From: Pavona decussata
Taxonomy: Eukaryota
Length of the DNA: 64,000 bases
Assembly: GCA_977016875.1 (NCBI GenBank)
Contig: CDRNST010000122.1
Span: 992,001 to 1,056,000 of the forward strand
Direction: 5' to 3'
The notes beneath the pieces were generated by a model. That model ran no database searches and was not told the DNA's origin. It saw nothing but the letters and a program-made list of their open reading frames with translations. This document shows, one piece after another, positions 35,984 through 49,230 of the stretch (its first letter is position 1; every line of letters begins with the position of its first letter). Made by a program: the position numbers and the translations under genes.

Positions 35984-38900
35984 CTAAGTCTCCTTTGTCC
36001 CTTTTTTCGCCTTTCCCTTTAAAGAGGCTTTTTTCTCGTTAGTTACCTTGTTTTCCAAGCTTTCTTTCTTTACTGGAAGATAACACAAGGCAGCATTATT
36101 ACCTATTTCGGCAATTCCCTTCGTTTCCCACTCGTCTAATGAAATGTGATACACCTCCCCCGGTGGGATTCTAATACCACTGTCAACTGGTAATTTGTTG
36201 ATAATGAAATAAACCTTTCCCTCCACTTCCACTGCCTCAAGGTTGTTTGGGGGAACATGTGATTGTTTAATAACAAACCACTGGTTGTTTTTCTCATCAT
36301 AAACTTCTACTTGTGCAGGGTCCCCATATTCATTTGGAATAACTTTATCTGCCAAAATATCTGAAAGATCGTCGCTCTGGCAACAAGAAATCTTCCCACC
36401 AGCAACATACAGTTTGTTGTTATCCACAAAGAGAGTGGACCCAAAATGAGGGGAGGAGGTTGATGCCTTTTGTTTCCATTCATTCTTTTCTGGATCAAAA
36501 CAATGAAACACAGCTGTTTGAGCTGTCAACCCTTGCCTTTCCTCTATACAACACCCATGAAGTACATAGATTTTAGATTTCATAACGACTGCTGCTATAT
36601 TACATAACTTATGTCGGTTGTTACTTTTCTTAAACAAAGGTAATTTTGAACCACTCTGCCATTGGTTCTGTGCCAAACTGTACCTCTGGGGTGGATCAGT
36701 GTCACTGATTGCATATATATATTCATTGACAGAGCACAAACAGTTAATCACGTGGTCACGGCCCATTCTTGCGCTCTGAAAACGTGGGAGTGTCTCCCAC
36801 GTGTTATTAACAACATGGTAACGGTAAATGACACTGGAATTGAAAAACTGGTTTTCCACAGCTACATACAAGTAATTTCCAACATACTCTGCACAAAGAA
36901 ATTTGAAAGTTTTCCTGAACGGTAGGAAGTCTTCAGAAACGGACGGTAGGAGTTCCTGAGAACCTAAGGTTAAGCTTGCCATGGACGGTAGGGGTTCCCA
37001 CGTTTTTCTTTCAAAGTCAAAATACCTCGTCTGAGTAGCAGTTGACTTGTCATCTTGTTGTTTTGGGAAAATAGCAACAAGAACCTGAAATATGAAACAT
37101 TGAAAATGAGACAAGAAAATTACACGGAAGTAGCTCACTAAAAACGTCAAGAATACCGGCAAAGGATCAGTTACGAAAGTCTTACGAATATCAAACAGAC
37201 TAGAACCAAACAAGGTTACTTAAAAGACAGTAATCCACTTAACTCTAACCACAGGTTACCGAAGTGGAATGTAAGAGTTAGAGCTCAAATTGATCGAAAA
37301 ATAACAAGCAATTTCCCATAATGATTGTTTGGCTGACAAAGCTTGTTGGGTGTATATGACATGTGTTTTTATTTTTTCTCTGTGCTTTTGACCATTGTCG
37401 TTCTTTGGAATTTTCTTCCAAGCGGTTGGTCAAAGTCATCGATCTAACTTACGGTTAGCAGTAATACTTTAGATGATCATGACCAACTAAATGGTGATTA
37501 AAATCGCTTAAATCGGCCTTGGGAGCTCAAAGAAGCGAAAAAAACAAAACAAAAACAAAAAAACAACAACAGCAACAACTCAACAAAGCCCGCAAGAGTA
37601 ACCTTTCTCTGATGTAATGTGAGCTTTATTTAAACAAGGAGAACTGATCATCAGTTTAGCTGAATATATATAATAATTTTATATACGTTTACAAAACTGC
37701 TTACAACTGTACTACTAGAAAGCCATGTGGGAATCCGCTAAGTCAGATACCTGCCTGATGTTTCGTTTAAAGTGCCCAACAGAGCTGGCGTCCTTTATCT
37801 TAATTATTTATTGTAGGCTTAAGTGGGAAAAATTTTCATTATTTTTCCATACAAAATCTTTACTAACGATTTGATTGCATTTCGCTGAGTGAACAGTAGA
37901 CGGGAGTTTAAGGCTCTGATTGTTGAGCTTATCACCGCCAAGCTTGGCTTCGCAGCTTGAACAATTTTCATTTATCGGCTAACGATTCGAAATTGATAAT
38001 ATATTGTTTACATTGCATGTATTCGGTGTGACCTGAGAATGACCAAAAGTTTGCGGCAGGATGATGTAAATCGGCCGGCACACAACGAGAATATTTGAGG
38101 TTCTTCAGATGTCCGGTTTTCCGTTTCCTAGGATCCTTTACGGGCATTTGAAAGGCATCAGTTTGTGTACGTTAGATACAACATTTGATCAGTCCAGATT
38201 CTTTAATTGAATTTTTAAGCCCGCATAAAATTACTTTAGGAAATAGATCCTTATCCCCTCAATTTGCTAGCTTTTTTGTTGCTTTTTGAGTTGTGACGAA
38301 TGTGAAACATGATTCTAGCTGCTTTGTTTCAGAAAACGCTAGCTCTTGTCCACAATTCGGTCTTTAATTCTGAAGTGATTTCATACCATCCAAACAGATA
38401 TTTATCAAAAGAATCGTTGAATGCCCAAGGCTAAATGCAAACTGAATGAGGCTTATATTCAGGGGATTCTGAGACTGACGTTGTCCTCATAAATTACATG
38501 TCTGAACTGATCCTATTACCTGTAAGGCACACAAATATAAATAGCAGAATGCATCACACAAGGCTTAGGTTAGATCTCTATTCTTACCGGGCTCATTGAG
38601 CGTGGCTTTGTTTTCTCTACGGCAAACTTTGAGTTGAGGGAAGGGATCTGGGTATGCAGTAGTGCTTGCGAAACGAGTGCTTGAATCTCGGGCACTTCTT
38701 GCATCTCCTCTGCACTTAGCTCTCTTATCACTTCCTTGATGTCCACCAGCCCCAGGCGAACCGCTCCGATAACTTTGGCCGCCACTGCCATCCTCTCTTC
38801 CTTCTTGTATTTGATCCACTGCATCACTGATTTGAAGACGAAGCTCTCTGTAGGAGCATTGAGGTCATCTCGACTGAGAAGCTTCAGCAGCTGATCTGCG

Positions 38901-39409
38901 TCAATGTACGACAAGAATTCTTCACTTTCACAGACGTCCTTGTACATCGAGGCCATCTTGCCTTCCGTAGCTTATTGTAGGTTTTTCAGACCGTGTACAT
39001 CAGCAAATGTAGAAAGCTGACGATACATTTGGACATCAAGTCGACGCTGAACAAGTTCCTTGTCCAATACATCGCAACACTGTTGAACAATGCTTGAGAC
39101 TTGAAGGTGGTTAGCGGTGGTGAGAATTTCGAACACGTCTTTCGTTTCAGTCATTAAGAGTTCCCCACGATAAATGGAGTCCAATATTATCCTCAAAGCG
39201 TCTCCAGAAATGTTTTCATCTTTGAGTTCGATGACTTCCTGGTTCGATTCCTTCATTCCACCAGTGAACATGGCGTAGAAATAATCGCTTTCCGCAGCGA
39301 GAATATTACGGTGCGCTAGAAACACGTCTTCACCCACTTTCAATCGCACGTCAACGAATTCTTCATGTTCTCTGAACTTCGCAAACTTGGACAAAAGACG
39401 AGAAGCCAT
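35984..39409 (-). pseudogene. KLHL-like copy 5 (exon 1 39409-38588 with premature TAA; exon 2 37084-35984 intact)
   Basis: The only lesion is TAA at 38972-38974, the same change as in copy 3. Exon 2 is an uninterrupted 367-codon Kelch ORF and both splice sites are intact. Confidence 0.82.
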
Positions 39410-39636
39410 CTTGGATGGCTTGTGAAGTTTTCAGCAGGGTGATCGAGACAGCGCCCAAATATTTGTTTGCGTGATCGCGTGTCTCTGTGATCAAGCATCC
39501 GTCAGGTGCAGTCAGGTGATATTTTTGACATTCGGTGAGAAGCAGGGGGGGGGGGAGGGAGGGGAGGGCAACTGATCGGTTTTTTTTATACATCTAATTT
39601 TAACAATATTGTGAAGCGCAACTGAGTATATCCATA

Positions 39637-39771
39637 NNNNNNNNNNNNNNNNNNNNNNNNNNNNNNNNNNNNNNNNNNNNNNNNNNNNNNNNNNNNNNNN
39701 NNNNNNNNNNNNNNNNNNNNNNNNNNNNNNNNNNNNNNNNNNNNNNNNNNNNNNNNNNNNNNNNNNNNNNN
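39637..39771. other. Assembly gap (135 N)
   Basis: N run. The paralogous position (50660-51060) contains ATT microsatellites. Confidence 0.99.
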
Positions 39772-41795
39772 TTGAAAAAGTGGCCAATGGCCAGCCATGA
39801 TGCATTGTCACCGAACAACAATATAAGCTTTGGTTATCATGGAAGGAAACTGACTCTTTCTGATACCACTGTGTGATTAATGTCAGAGGCACCAATCACA
39901 TAAAACAATTCTTCAGACATGCATGCCTGGTGATGGCGATGGGTTCTTTTCATTGGTGCACGTGTTGTCCGCGTGTCTGTATCTATTTGGTACTGGTAAA
40001 CATGTTTTCGTCGTCAAAATGGAAGCGATGATTTCCAGTGTACGTAGTGGACGATTGGTTAGAGTCGTCTGTCAAGAATAATAAAGGGTCTGTAATTTGC
40101 TAGTTGCAGTCTTTTTTTTTTCTTTTTAACCATTTTGCTGTATTTTCAGACACTCCCAGGCCACTTTTCTTTGCATAAGAACAAGATAAAAGAGTGTTTT
40201 ACTTACTGATATTCGTGATTCGGGAAAATGAAATTTTGATATCCTTGATTCGTGATTCGTTGTTGTTTCAGCCCGTGAACCGTGCCAGAGACCCCCCCCC
40301 CCTCCCACCCTGTGCGACCCTCTTCGCAAATCTCTCCGAAATTTAAGGTCAGCATACGCAGACTTTCCTTTCCTTTAGAAACACTTTTTGCGTGACACCA
40401 AGATTTAACATCACGCAAGAACATAAAGTTTTGTAACGATGTGAAATTTATTGTGGGGTATGCGCACTGAACAGTTTGGTATTGAGTCTCCGTTTGCCTC
40501 AAGGGCTGGTTAAGTTCTTCCCAGGATAAAATAAAATTCTAGATTATTTCATTGTGAATTTGTTCGTGAGTAATTCATTCCAAGCCAGATCTCCACATTA
40601 ATCGAGGCTTGCCATTAATCAGGGGCTGACCCAACGAAATAAACAAGTACTTAAAATGCTGTCTCCTCAGGTGTTCCTTGAACGATTTATGCGCTTTTAA
40701 AGTCATAGTTGTATCAGCTAATACAGATTGATCTGTTCGGGAGCTTCAGCTGAAAGTTAAAGTTGCAGAAAGTTTCAGGGAATAAAAATTTTATTTCTAG
40801 AATCCGAGGATTTTCTAGCTGTTGCTTGTCTTATGAAAATGCTAGCTAGCTGACCCTTTTTCACATTTTAACGAAATATTCACGCCATTCGAAAACGAAA
40901 TGAATTAGTTTTCCAGTGCACGTTACGATATTATAAACATGCATTTTGCCGACGAAAACTGCCGATCATATCAGAGCGATTTAATTCAAATTTCCGAGCC
41001 GATAAAGGCCCTCTCATTAGATATCCACCAAAATGAACTGTTGATTGCCCCTGAGTATTCTATAGCTCATCCTAAAGTGTCTAAAGTAAATCGAAGTGAA
41101 GAGCAGCCGGTGTGAAGCATAAGCAAAATTGCTGAGATGCGAAGATAGGTTAGTCGGGTTAATTAATGCAGACAAAGGAATCATACCAGTCAAACAATTC
41201 TCTAGTAGAGTTTATTGAAAACGTTGTTACAAAACACGTTGAACTCGATTTAGTGGAAAACAAACTAATATTTACTAGAAACAGGCAATTTTTATAGATG
41301 CCGATGCTTAGCTAACGTACGTACACATCACTCATTGAATGCAATCTTACCGCAATGATTAAAGAGTAAATGGGGTCTAATCCTCGAATCAGCGATTTAC
41401 AGCCAATTTAAATTCTGGTTTATAACATTTTTGGGAACTGAATGGGTTTTTAAACTTAAAAGTTCAGTTATAAATGTCCTCTATTTTACCGTAATGTTAA
41501 TTAATCCTCATGGTCTTTAAGTAATCTCATCCCTTTATGACAAGAAACCGAAGAAAATAAAACCCTAGCTGTTTAGTGTCAGCCTTGCAGGGCTATTAAA
41601 CATGATCTTAACACTTAAACTGGACATAATTAAGATTCTAAGCCATATGTACAGCCTTTAATGGTACATTGGAGATTCAGGACTTGCTGAGTTGAAATCC
41701 AGGGCCTATCAGTTGCAAAGTTCGTTTTAAAATCTTACTGGCACCTACTAGTATACGGAAATACTGAGAATGCTTAGGTAATTCTACTTGACACT

Positions 41796-44289
41796 TCACC
41801 GAAATTCTATCCCTTTTTCCGTCTCTTCCTTTACAGAGGCTTTTTTCTCATTAGTTGCCTTGTTTTCCAGGGCTTCTTTCTTTACTGGCATATAACACAA
41901 GACAGCATTAGCTATTCCACTAATTACTTTACTTTCCCAGTCGTGTGATGAAATGTGATACACCTCCCCCGGTGGGATTCTAATACCACTGTCAAATGGA
42001 AATTTGTTGATAATGAAATAAACCTTTCCCTCCAATTCCACTGCTCCGAGGTTATTTGGGGGAATGTACGTTTGGTCAACAACAGCCCAGTTGTCATTTT
42101 CCTCACTGTAAACTTCTACGGGTGCAGGGTCACCATACTGGGAAGAAACTTGCCCTCTAGCCACATAAAGTTTATTGTTATCCACAAACAGACTGGATCT
42201 AAAGTGAGGGGAGGAGGTCGATGCCTTTTGTTCCCATTCATTCTTTTGCGGATCAAAACAATGAAACACAGCTGATTTATGTTTCCACGCTCTCTCTTCC
42301 ACTCTTTGATAACCATGAAGTACATAGATTTTAGCTTTCATTACTATTGCGGATACATTACTTAACTTATCCTGACCCCTACTTTTGTTCTTCAAGAAAG
42401 GTAATGTAGAGCCACTTTGCCATTTGTTCTGAGTCGAACTGTATCTCTGAGGCGGATCAGTGTCACTGATTGCATAAACGTATTCATTGACAGAACACAA
42501 ACAGTTTATTTCCTGGTCGTGACTCTTGGAACTCTCAAATCGTGGGAGTGTCTCCCACACGTTATTGGCTATATGGTAACGATAAATGACACCGACATTA
42601 GTGGGTGTTTTTGCAGCTACGTACAAGTAATTCCCGGCGTACTCTGCACAAAGGAAATTTCGGTTATTATCTAATTTTAAGCTTGCCATGGATGGAAGGG
42701 GTTGCCAAGTCTTTGCTTCAAAATCAAAATGCTTTATCTGGGTAGTATATACATCACCACCTTTTAAATACCACTCGTGCACAGGCAAAACAGCAGCAAG
42801 AATCTGAAATAAAGAGCACAGATGCGGCAAGCGGATTAAAAAGAAAATTAATAAATACGAAAAAACTAAGGGTGCGTTCAATTGACCCTGTTCCAGAATA
42901 GCAATACATACAATGATTACTAGAAATTCCTCATGACAGGTTTTTGGAGTTGCTGGAGTAAAAAATCGCTCTTACATTATCGTGCGTCAGCGAAAGTTTG
43001 CAGAAATATCTTCCCAAATTTACTTAAAAAGAGAAATCTACCAGCTATTTCGCTTATTTTTATTCCGGAATACGGTCAATCGAACGCAACCTAAGACGCG
43101 GTGTCCGCAAAGTAACCATCACCACTAACAGTGTGGTGATAATGAGCAATGAACGCTTCAAGAACAGTTTTATACACCAGCGAAAAAATTACATTTGTTT
43201 GCTAACAGTGCAGAGTTATTATATTAATTATCAAACTACATGTACATTTGCTCTCACCAAAGACTATCGCTAGGAAACTGACAGTAAGCAAATGTATATG
43301 ACTGGTTAAAAAGAACTAAATAGCGAGAATATATCCAGAGTAAAGTTTGCGGTGTAATAACTCAGTGCAATAACACATGACAAACATAGCTCGAATACTG
43401 CTAAAAAAACAAGGCATATGAATGCCAGACGACTATAACGCATCGTGTATTTTAAATCTCTATTCTTACCGGACGCGTTAAACGTGGCTTGGCTTTCTCT
43501 ACTGCAAACGTGGAGCTGTGGGAAGGTATATGGCTGTGTAATAGAGCTTGGGAAACAAGTGCTTGAATTTCTGGTACTCTTTGCATCTCCTCAGTGCTCA
43601 GTTCTGCAAGTAATTCCTTGATGTCCACCAGCCCCAGGCGAACCGCTCCGATGAACTTTAACCGCCACTGCCATCCTCTCTTCCTTCTTGTATTTGATCC
43701 ACTGCATCACCGATTTAAAGACGAAGTTCTCCGTAGGAGCGCTGAGGTCATCTCGACTGAGAAGCTTAAGCAACTGATCTGCGTCAATGTACGCCAAGAA
43801 TTCTTCACTTTCACAGATATCCTTGTACATCGATGCCATCTTGCGTTCTGTAGCTTCTTGTAAGTTTTTCAGGCCGTGTACATCAGCAAATGTAGACAGC
43901 TGACGATACGTTTGGACATCAAGTCGCTGAACGAGTTCCCTGTCCAATACATCACAACACTGGTGAACAATGCTCGAGACTTGAAGGTGGTTAGCGGTAG
44001 TGAGAATCTCGAACACGTCTTTCGTTTTAGTCATTAAGAGTTGCCCGCGATAAATGGAGTCCAATATTATCCTCAAAGCGTATCCAGAAATGTTTCTATC
44101 TTTGAGTTCAATGACTTCCTGGTTGGATCCCTTTATTCCACCAGTAAACATGGCGTAGAAATAATCGCTTTCCGCAGCGAGAACATTACGGTGAGCAGGA
44201 AAAACGTCTTCACCCACTTTCAATCGCACATAAACGAATTCCTCTTGTGCTCTGAACTTCGCAAACTTGGACAAAAGACGAGCAGCCAT
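41796..44289 (-). pseudogene. KLHL-like copy 6 (exon 1 44289-43470 with 1-bp frameshift; exon 2 42803-41796 intact)
   Basis: An extra base at 43654-43655 relative to copy 8 (ccgatgAActtt vs ccgatgActtt) shifts the BACK frame. A sequencing error cannot be excluded. Confidence 0.75.
42870..43091. mobile_element. PIF/Harbinger-type MITE (TAA TSD) in copy 6 intron
   Basis: TIR GGGTGCGTTC..TTGACC / GGTCAATCGAACGCAACC with TAA flanks. Confidence 0.72.
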
Positions 44290-46432
44290 CTTGGATGGCT
44301 TGTAAAGCTTTCCACAGGCTGACGGAGGCAGCGCCCAAAACGTTGTTTGCGTGATTGCGTGTCTCGGTAATCAAGCACCACCAGGTGGCAGTTTTGACAT
44401 TCGGTGCGAAGCAGGGGGGAGGGGAGGGCAGCTGATCGCCTTTTTTTTTTTTTTTTTTTCGGCATTATACATCAATATATGTCTCTGGTCGGATTTTTGA
44501 AAAGGTGGCGAATGAAAACTTGAGCACTGCAAGCCTCACAGCCGCCTAGGCGCCACCAATGTTTTACATGCCGCCATTATGCACTGTCACCGAACCGTTC
44601 GGTGACAGTACATCGTGGAAGGAAATGTGCTGCCACATTTTCTTGGCGAAACTGACTCTCTCTGATACTACTGTGTGATTAATGTCAAAGGCACCAATCA
44701 CATAAGAAAATTATTAAGACATGCATGCCTGGTGATGGCGATGGGTTCTTTTCATTGGTGCACGTGTCGTCCGCGTGTCTGTATCTATTTGGTACTGGTA
44801 AACATGTTTTCCTCATCAAATTGGAAGCGATGATTTCCAGTGTACATAGTGGACGAATGGTTAGAGTCGTCTGTCAAGAATTATAAAAGGTCTGTGATTC
44901 GCTATTTGCAGTCTTTCTTTTTCTTTTCTCTATTTTGCGGTATATACTTTCAGAAACTCCTAGGCCACTTTTTTTTGCATAAGAACAAGATAAAAGAGTG
45001 GTTTTTTTTGCTGATTTTCGTGATTCGGGAAAATGAAATTTTTGTATTCGTGGTTCGTGATTCGTTGTTTTTTAGACCCGGGAACCGTGCCAGAGACCCC
45101 CTTCCCCCTCCCCCCTGTGCGACCCTCTTCGCAAATCTCTCGATACTTAAAGGTCAACGTATGCAGACTTTCCTTTCCTTTAGAAAAACGTTTTGCGTGA
45201 CACCAAGATTTAACATCACGCAAAGAAAATGATGTTTTGTAACGATGTGAAATTTATTGTGGGGTATGCGCACTGAACAGTTTGGTATTGAGTCTCCGTT
45301 TGCCTCAAGGGCTGGTTAAGTTGTTCCCAGGATAAAATAAAAGTCTAGATTACTTCATTGTGAATCTGTTTCGTGAGTCATTCATTCCAAGCCAGATCTC
45401 CACATTAATCGAGGCTTGCGATAAATCAGGGGCTGACCCAACGAGATAAACAAGTACTTAAAATGCTTGTCTTATCAGGTGTTCCTTGATCGATTTATGC
45501 GCTTTTAAAGTCACAATTGTATCAGCTAATACAGATTGAGCTGTTCGGGAGCTTTAGCTGAATGTTAAAGTTGCAGAAAGTTTCAGGGAATAAAAATTTT
45601 ATTTCCAGAATCCCAGGATTTTCTAACTGTTGTTTATTTTATGTAAATGCTAGCTGACCCTTTTTCACATTTTAATGAAATATTTGCCCCATTCGAAAAC
45701 GAAATGAATTAGTTTTCCAGTGCACGTTACGATATTATGAACATGCATTTTGCCGACGAAAACTGCCGATTTTATTAGTGTGACTAAATTCAAAATTCCG
45801 AACCGATTAAGGCCCTCTGAACAGATATCCATGCACCGAAATGAACCGTTGATCGCCCCTGAGTATTCTATAGTTTATCCTAAAGTTAATCAAAGTTAAG
45901 AAAAGGGTGTGAAGCGAAAGCAAAATTGCTGAGATAGGCAGATAGGTTGGTCGGGTTAATTAATACAGACAAAAGAATCATCAGTCACTTGTCCATTAAC
46001 AATTCTTTAGTTCAGTTTATTTAAAGCGTTGTTACAAAACATGTCGACCTCGATTTTGTGAAAAACAAACTAATATTTACCACAAACAGGCAATAGTTAT
46101 AAATGCCGACGCTTAGCTAACTACGTACACATCACTCACTGAATGCAATCTTACCGCAATGATTAAAGAGTAAATGGGGTCCAATCCGCGAATCAGTGAT
46201 TTAGAGCCAATTTAAATTCTGCTTTAAAACATTTCTGGGAACTAAATGGGTTTTAAAACTTAAAAGTTCAGTTATAAATGTACTCTATTTTTACCTTTAT
46301 TGATCCTTACGGTGTTTAACTAATCTCATCCCTTTATGACAAGAAACCGAAGAAAATAAAACCCTGCTTAGCGTCGGCCATGCAGGGCAATTCTACTTGA
46401 CACTTTACCGAAAAGTAAACGAGTATACAAAA

Positions 46433-46572
46433 GCTCCCAGTTGGCTTAATAGTTCATTTGGTAGAGCACTGCACCGGCATCTCAGAGGTCATGGGTTCGA
46501 ATCCCGTCCAAGCCTAATTTTTTTTTTCAGGTTTTCTTTTCACAACTGCTTAAGCGAGGATCTTTCTTCTAC
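46433..46572 (+). mobile_element. tRNA-derived SINE (same family)
   Basis: A/B boxes and tail homologous to 32361-32516. Confidence 0.7.
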
Positions 46573-48005
46573 TTAAACACAAAACTAATTATCGTCATTT
46601 GTGTTTTGGAATTGAGTTCGTGAGACTCTTGCTTTTCCATTTTAATTTCAGAATGGGCGAACATGTTTGATTCAGTGATAGATATGAAAAAATGCTGTCA
46701 AAAACAAAACATGTCAGAAATTTTTTTTGCGCTATTTTGTATTTCATATTGCAACCGGCGGCAATGCGGCAAGTCGACAAAACAAAGAAAATGAAAAATG
46801 GAAACTCTTCTGCCACAATTTTAAAGAAATTATGCAGTAATTGAAGTATAACACCATGTGCAACAAAGTTGAAGACCCAAGGTAAAACCCATATGAAAAG
46901 TAGTCGTATAAACGTTGAAGGTATAAAAGCCGGGGGTGTCAAATAAATAATACCCTTCCCTGGTTCCTGAGGCACGTTGTCAATAACCTCTGGCTCCCAG
47001 GGTAAGGAAATTCCTTCTCCGAGCCTTAAATTAACGCGAAATTATTTTCTAACTGACAGGGTATTTGGATACTTTTATTTGGCTAAGTGTCTTGACAAAA
47101 TTGGTGACAAAGACGAAGCCAAAACTGCTACGGAAACAACGCAAACCTTATCTTGAACAAAAGCTAACCAAGTATTTGAAGTGAACTGGAGCATGCTTTT
47201 TTAATTATATATAATTAGGGTTTCTACGGTCCAATTCCAGCTTAAAATGTGGATAACTTGCGTTTGTATTCTTAGTATTCTATAGTTCATCCTAAAGGTA
47301 ATCAAAGTGGAAAGGGGTGTAAAGATAGTTTAATCGGGTTAACTAATGCAAACAAAGGAATTGCCGGCTCGGCAACAACAATTCTTTAGTTCAGTTTAAT
47401 TTGAACGTTGTTACAAAACATGCTGAACTCGAGTTAGTGGAAAACAAACTAACATTTACTACAAAAAGGTAATATTTATAAAAGCCGACGCTAGCTAACT
47501 ACAATACTCACTCTGTCGAATAAATGCAATGCTATCTTACAATGAGTAAAGAATAAATGGGGTCCAATCCCCGAATCAACGATTTCGGGCCAATTTAAAT
47601 TCTGTTTTTAAACATTCCTGTGAACTAAATGAGTTTTTTAACTTAATAGTTAAATTATAAATTCTCTTGGTCTATTTTTACCTTAATTAATCTTAGGAGT
47701 CTTTAACTAATCTCTTTCCCTCTTTTAAACAACAAACTGAAGAAAATAAAACGCCTTTTAGCGAGTCTTGCAGGGGTATTAAATAACCCATTTTATAAAA
47801 AAAGATTCTACGCCATACAGCTTCCTGTGGTATATTTGGAACTGATTTAGGACTTTCAATCTATTTTTAAGCTCAGTTGGTGTATACAAGCATACTAAGA
47901 ACGATAATGTAATTTCACTCCGTACTTTACCGAAATCCTGTCCTTTTCTGTCGCCCCACTTTTTCCTTTACAGAGACTCCTTTTTTCTCACTCACTAGAA
48001 GACTT

Positions 48006-48950
48006 CTATTCCAAGCTTTCTCTCTTTACTGGCAGATAACACAAGGCAGCATCATCACCTATTTGGGCAATTTCCTTCGTTTCCCACTCGTTTAATGAGA
48101 TGTGATAAACCTCCCCCGGTGGGATTCTAATACCACTGTCAAATGGAAATTTGTTGATAATGAAATAAACCTTTCCCTCCACTTCCACTGCCCCGAGTTT
48201 GTTTGGGGGAATGTGAGTTTGGTCAACAACAAACCACCTGTTTTTTTCCTCACTGTAAACTTCTACGGGTGCTGGGTCGCCATAGCCGAAGGAAGCATTT
48301 CCCCCAGCCACATAAAGTTTACTGTTATCGACAAACAGACTGGATCTAAAGTGAGGGGAGGAAGTCGATGCCTTTTTTTCCCATTCATTCTTTTGGGGAT
48401 CAAAACAATGAAACACAGCCGATTTAACTTTCCACGTTTTCCATTCCAGTCTGCGATACCCATGAAGAACATAGATTTTAGATTTCATAACTACTGCCGC
48501 TACATTACTTAACTCATACCGATCTCCACTTATGCCCTTCAAGAAAGGTAATGTAGAGCCACTCTGCCATTTGTTCTGAGTCGAACTGTATCTCTGGGGC
48601 GGATTAGAGTCACTGATTGCATAAACGTATTCATTGACAGAACACAAACAGTTTATTTCCTGGTCGTGACTCTTGGAACTCTCAAATCGTGGGAGTGTCT
48701 CCCAGACATTATTGACTATATGGTAACGATAAATAACACCGAACTTAGAAGGTGTTTTTGCAGCTACGTACAAGTAATTCCCGGCGAACTCTGCACAAAG
48801 GAAACTTAGCCTATCAGTTAATTTTAATCTTTCCATGGATGGAAGGGGTTGCCATGTCTTTGTTTCAAAATCAAAATGCTTCATCTGGGTAGCATATCCG
48901 GCACCATATCTTCTCTCATACACGTACATAGGCGAAATAGTAGCAAGAAT
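48006..48950 (-). CDS. KLHL-like copy 7, exon 2 (Kelch propeller); spliced product about 588 aa, intact
   Basis: Acceptor TTTCAG|ATT at 48951/48950 is in frame with ORF 48006..49052, no stops. Confidence 0.88.
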   Translation of the reverse strand: MLATISPMYVYERRYGAGYATQMKHFDFETKTWQPLPSMERLKLTDRLSFLCAEFAGNYLYVAAKTPSKFGVIYRYHIVNNVWETLPRFESSKSHDQEINCLCSVNEYVYAISDSNPPQRYSSTQNKWQSGSTLPFLKGISGDRYELSNVAAVVMKSKIYVLHGYRRLEWKTWKVKSAVFHCFDPQKNEWEKKASTSSPHFRSSLFVDNSKLYVAGGNASFGYGDPAPVEVYSEEKNRWFVVDQTHIPPNKLGAVEVEGKVYFIINKFPFDSGIRIPPGEVYHISLNEWETKEIAQIGDDAALCYLPVKRESLE

Positions 48951-49012
48951 CTGAAATAAAAGCACAGATGAGGCAAGTGGATTAAAAAGAAAAGTAATGA
49001 ATACGAAACTAA

Positions 49013-49230
49013 GGGTGCGTTCGATTGACCCTATTCCGGAATAGGAATACATACAATGACTGATATTAATCCCTCATGAGAGGTTTTGGAGTTGCTGGAG
49101 TAAATCGCTGTTACATTATCGTGCGCCAGCGAAAGTTTGCAGCAATGTCTTCCCAAAGTTACTTAAAAAGAGAAATCTAACAACTATTCTGCTTATTCTT
49201 ATTCCGGAATACGGTCAATCGAACGCAACC
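49013..49230. mobile_element. Same Harbinger-type MITE in copy 7 intron
   Basis: Same TIRs and TAA TSD at the homologous position. Confidence 0.72.

Noticed and set aside
37085-37213. Hydrophobic N-terminal extensions of Kelch ORFs (also 42804-42881, 48951-49052) resembling signal or TM segments
   Set aside because: These are translated intronic polypyrimidine tracts upstream of the AG acceptor.
39512-39895. ORFs crossing the N run
   Set aside because: Artefacts of the assembly gap.
48102-48512. Recurrent plus-strand ORFs antisense to BTB and Kelch exons (also 41955, 50140, 8682, 63478)
   Set aside because: Shadow frames of conserved coding sequence with inconsistent starts and stops between copies.
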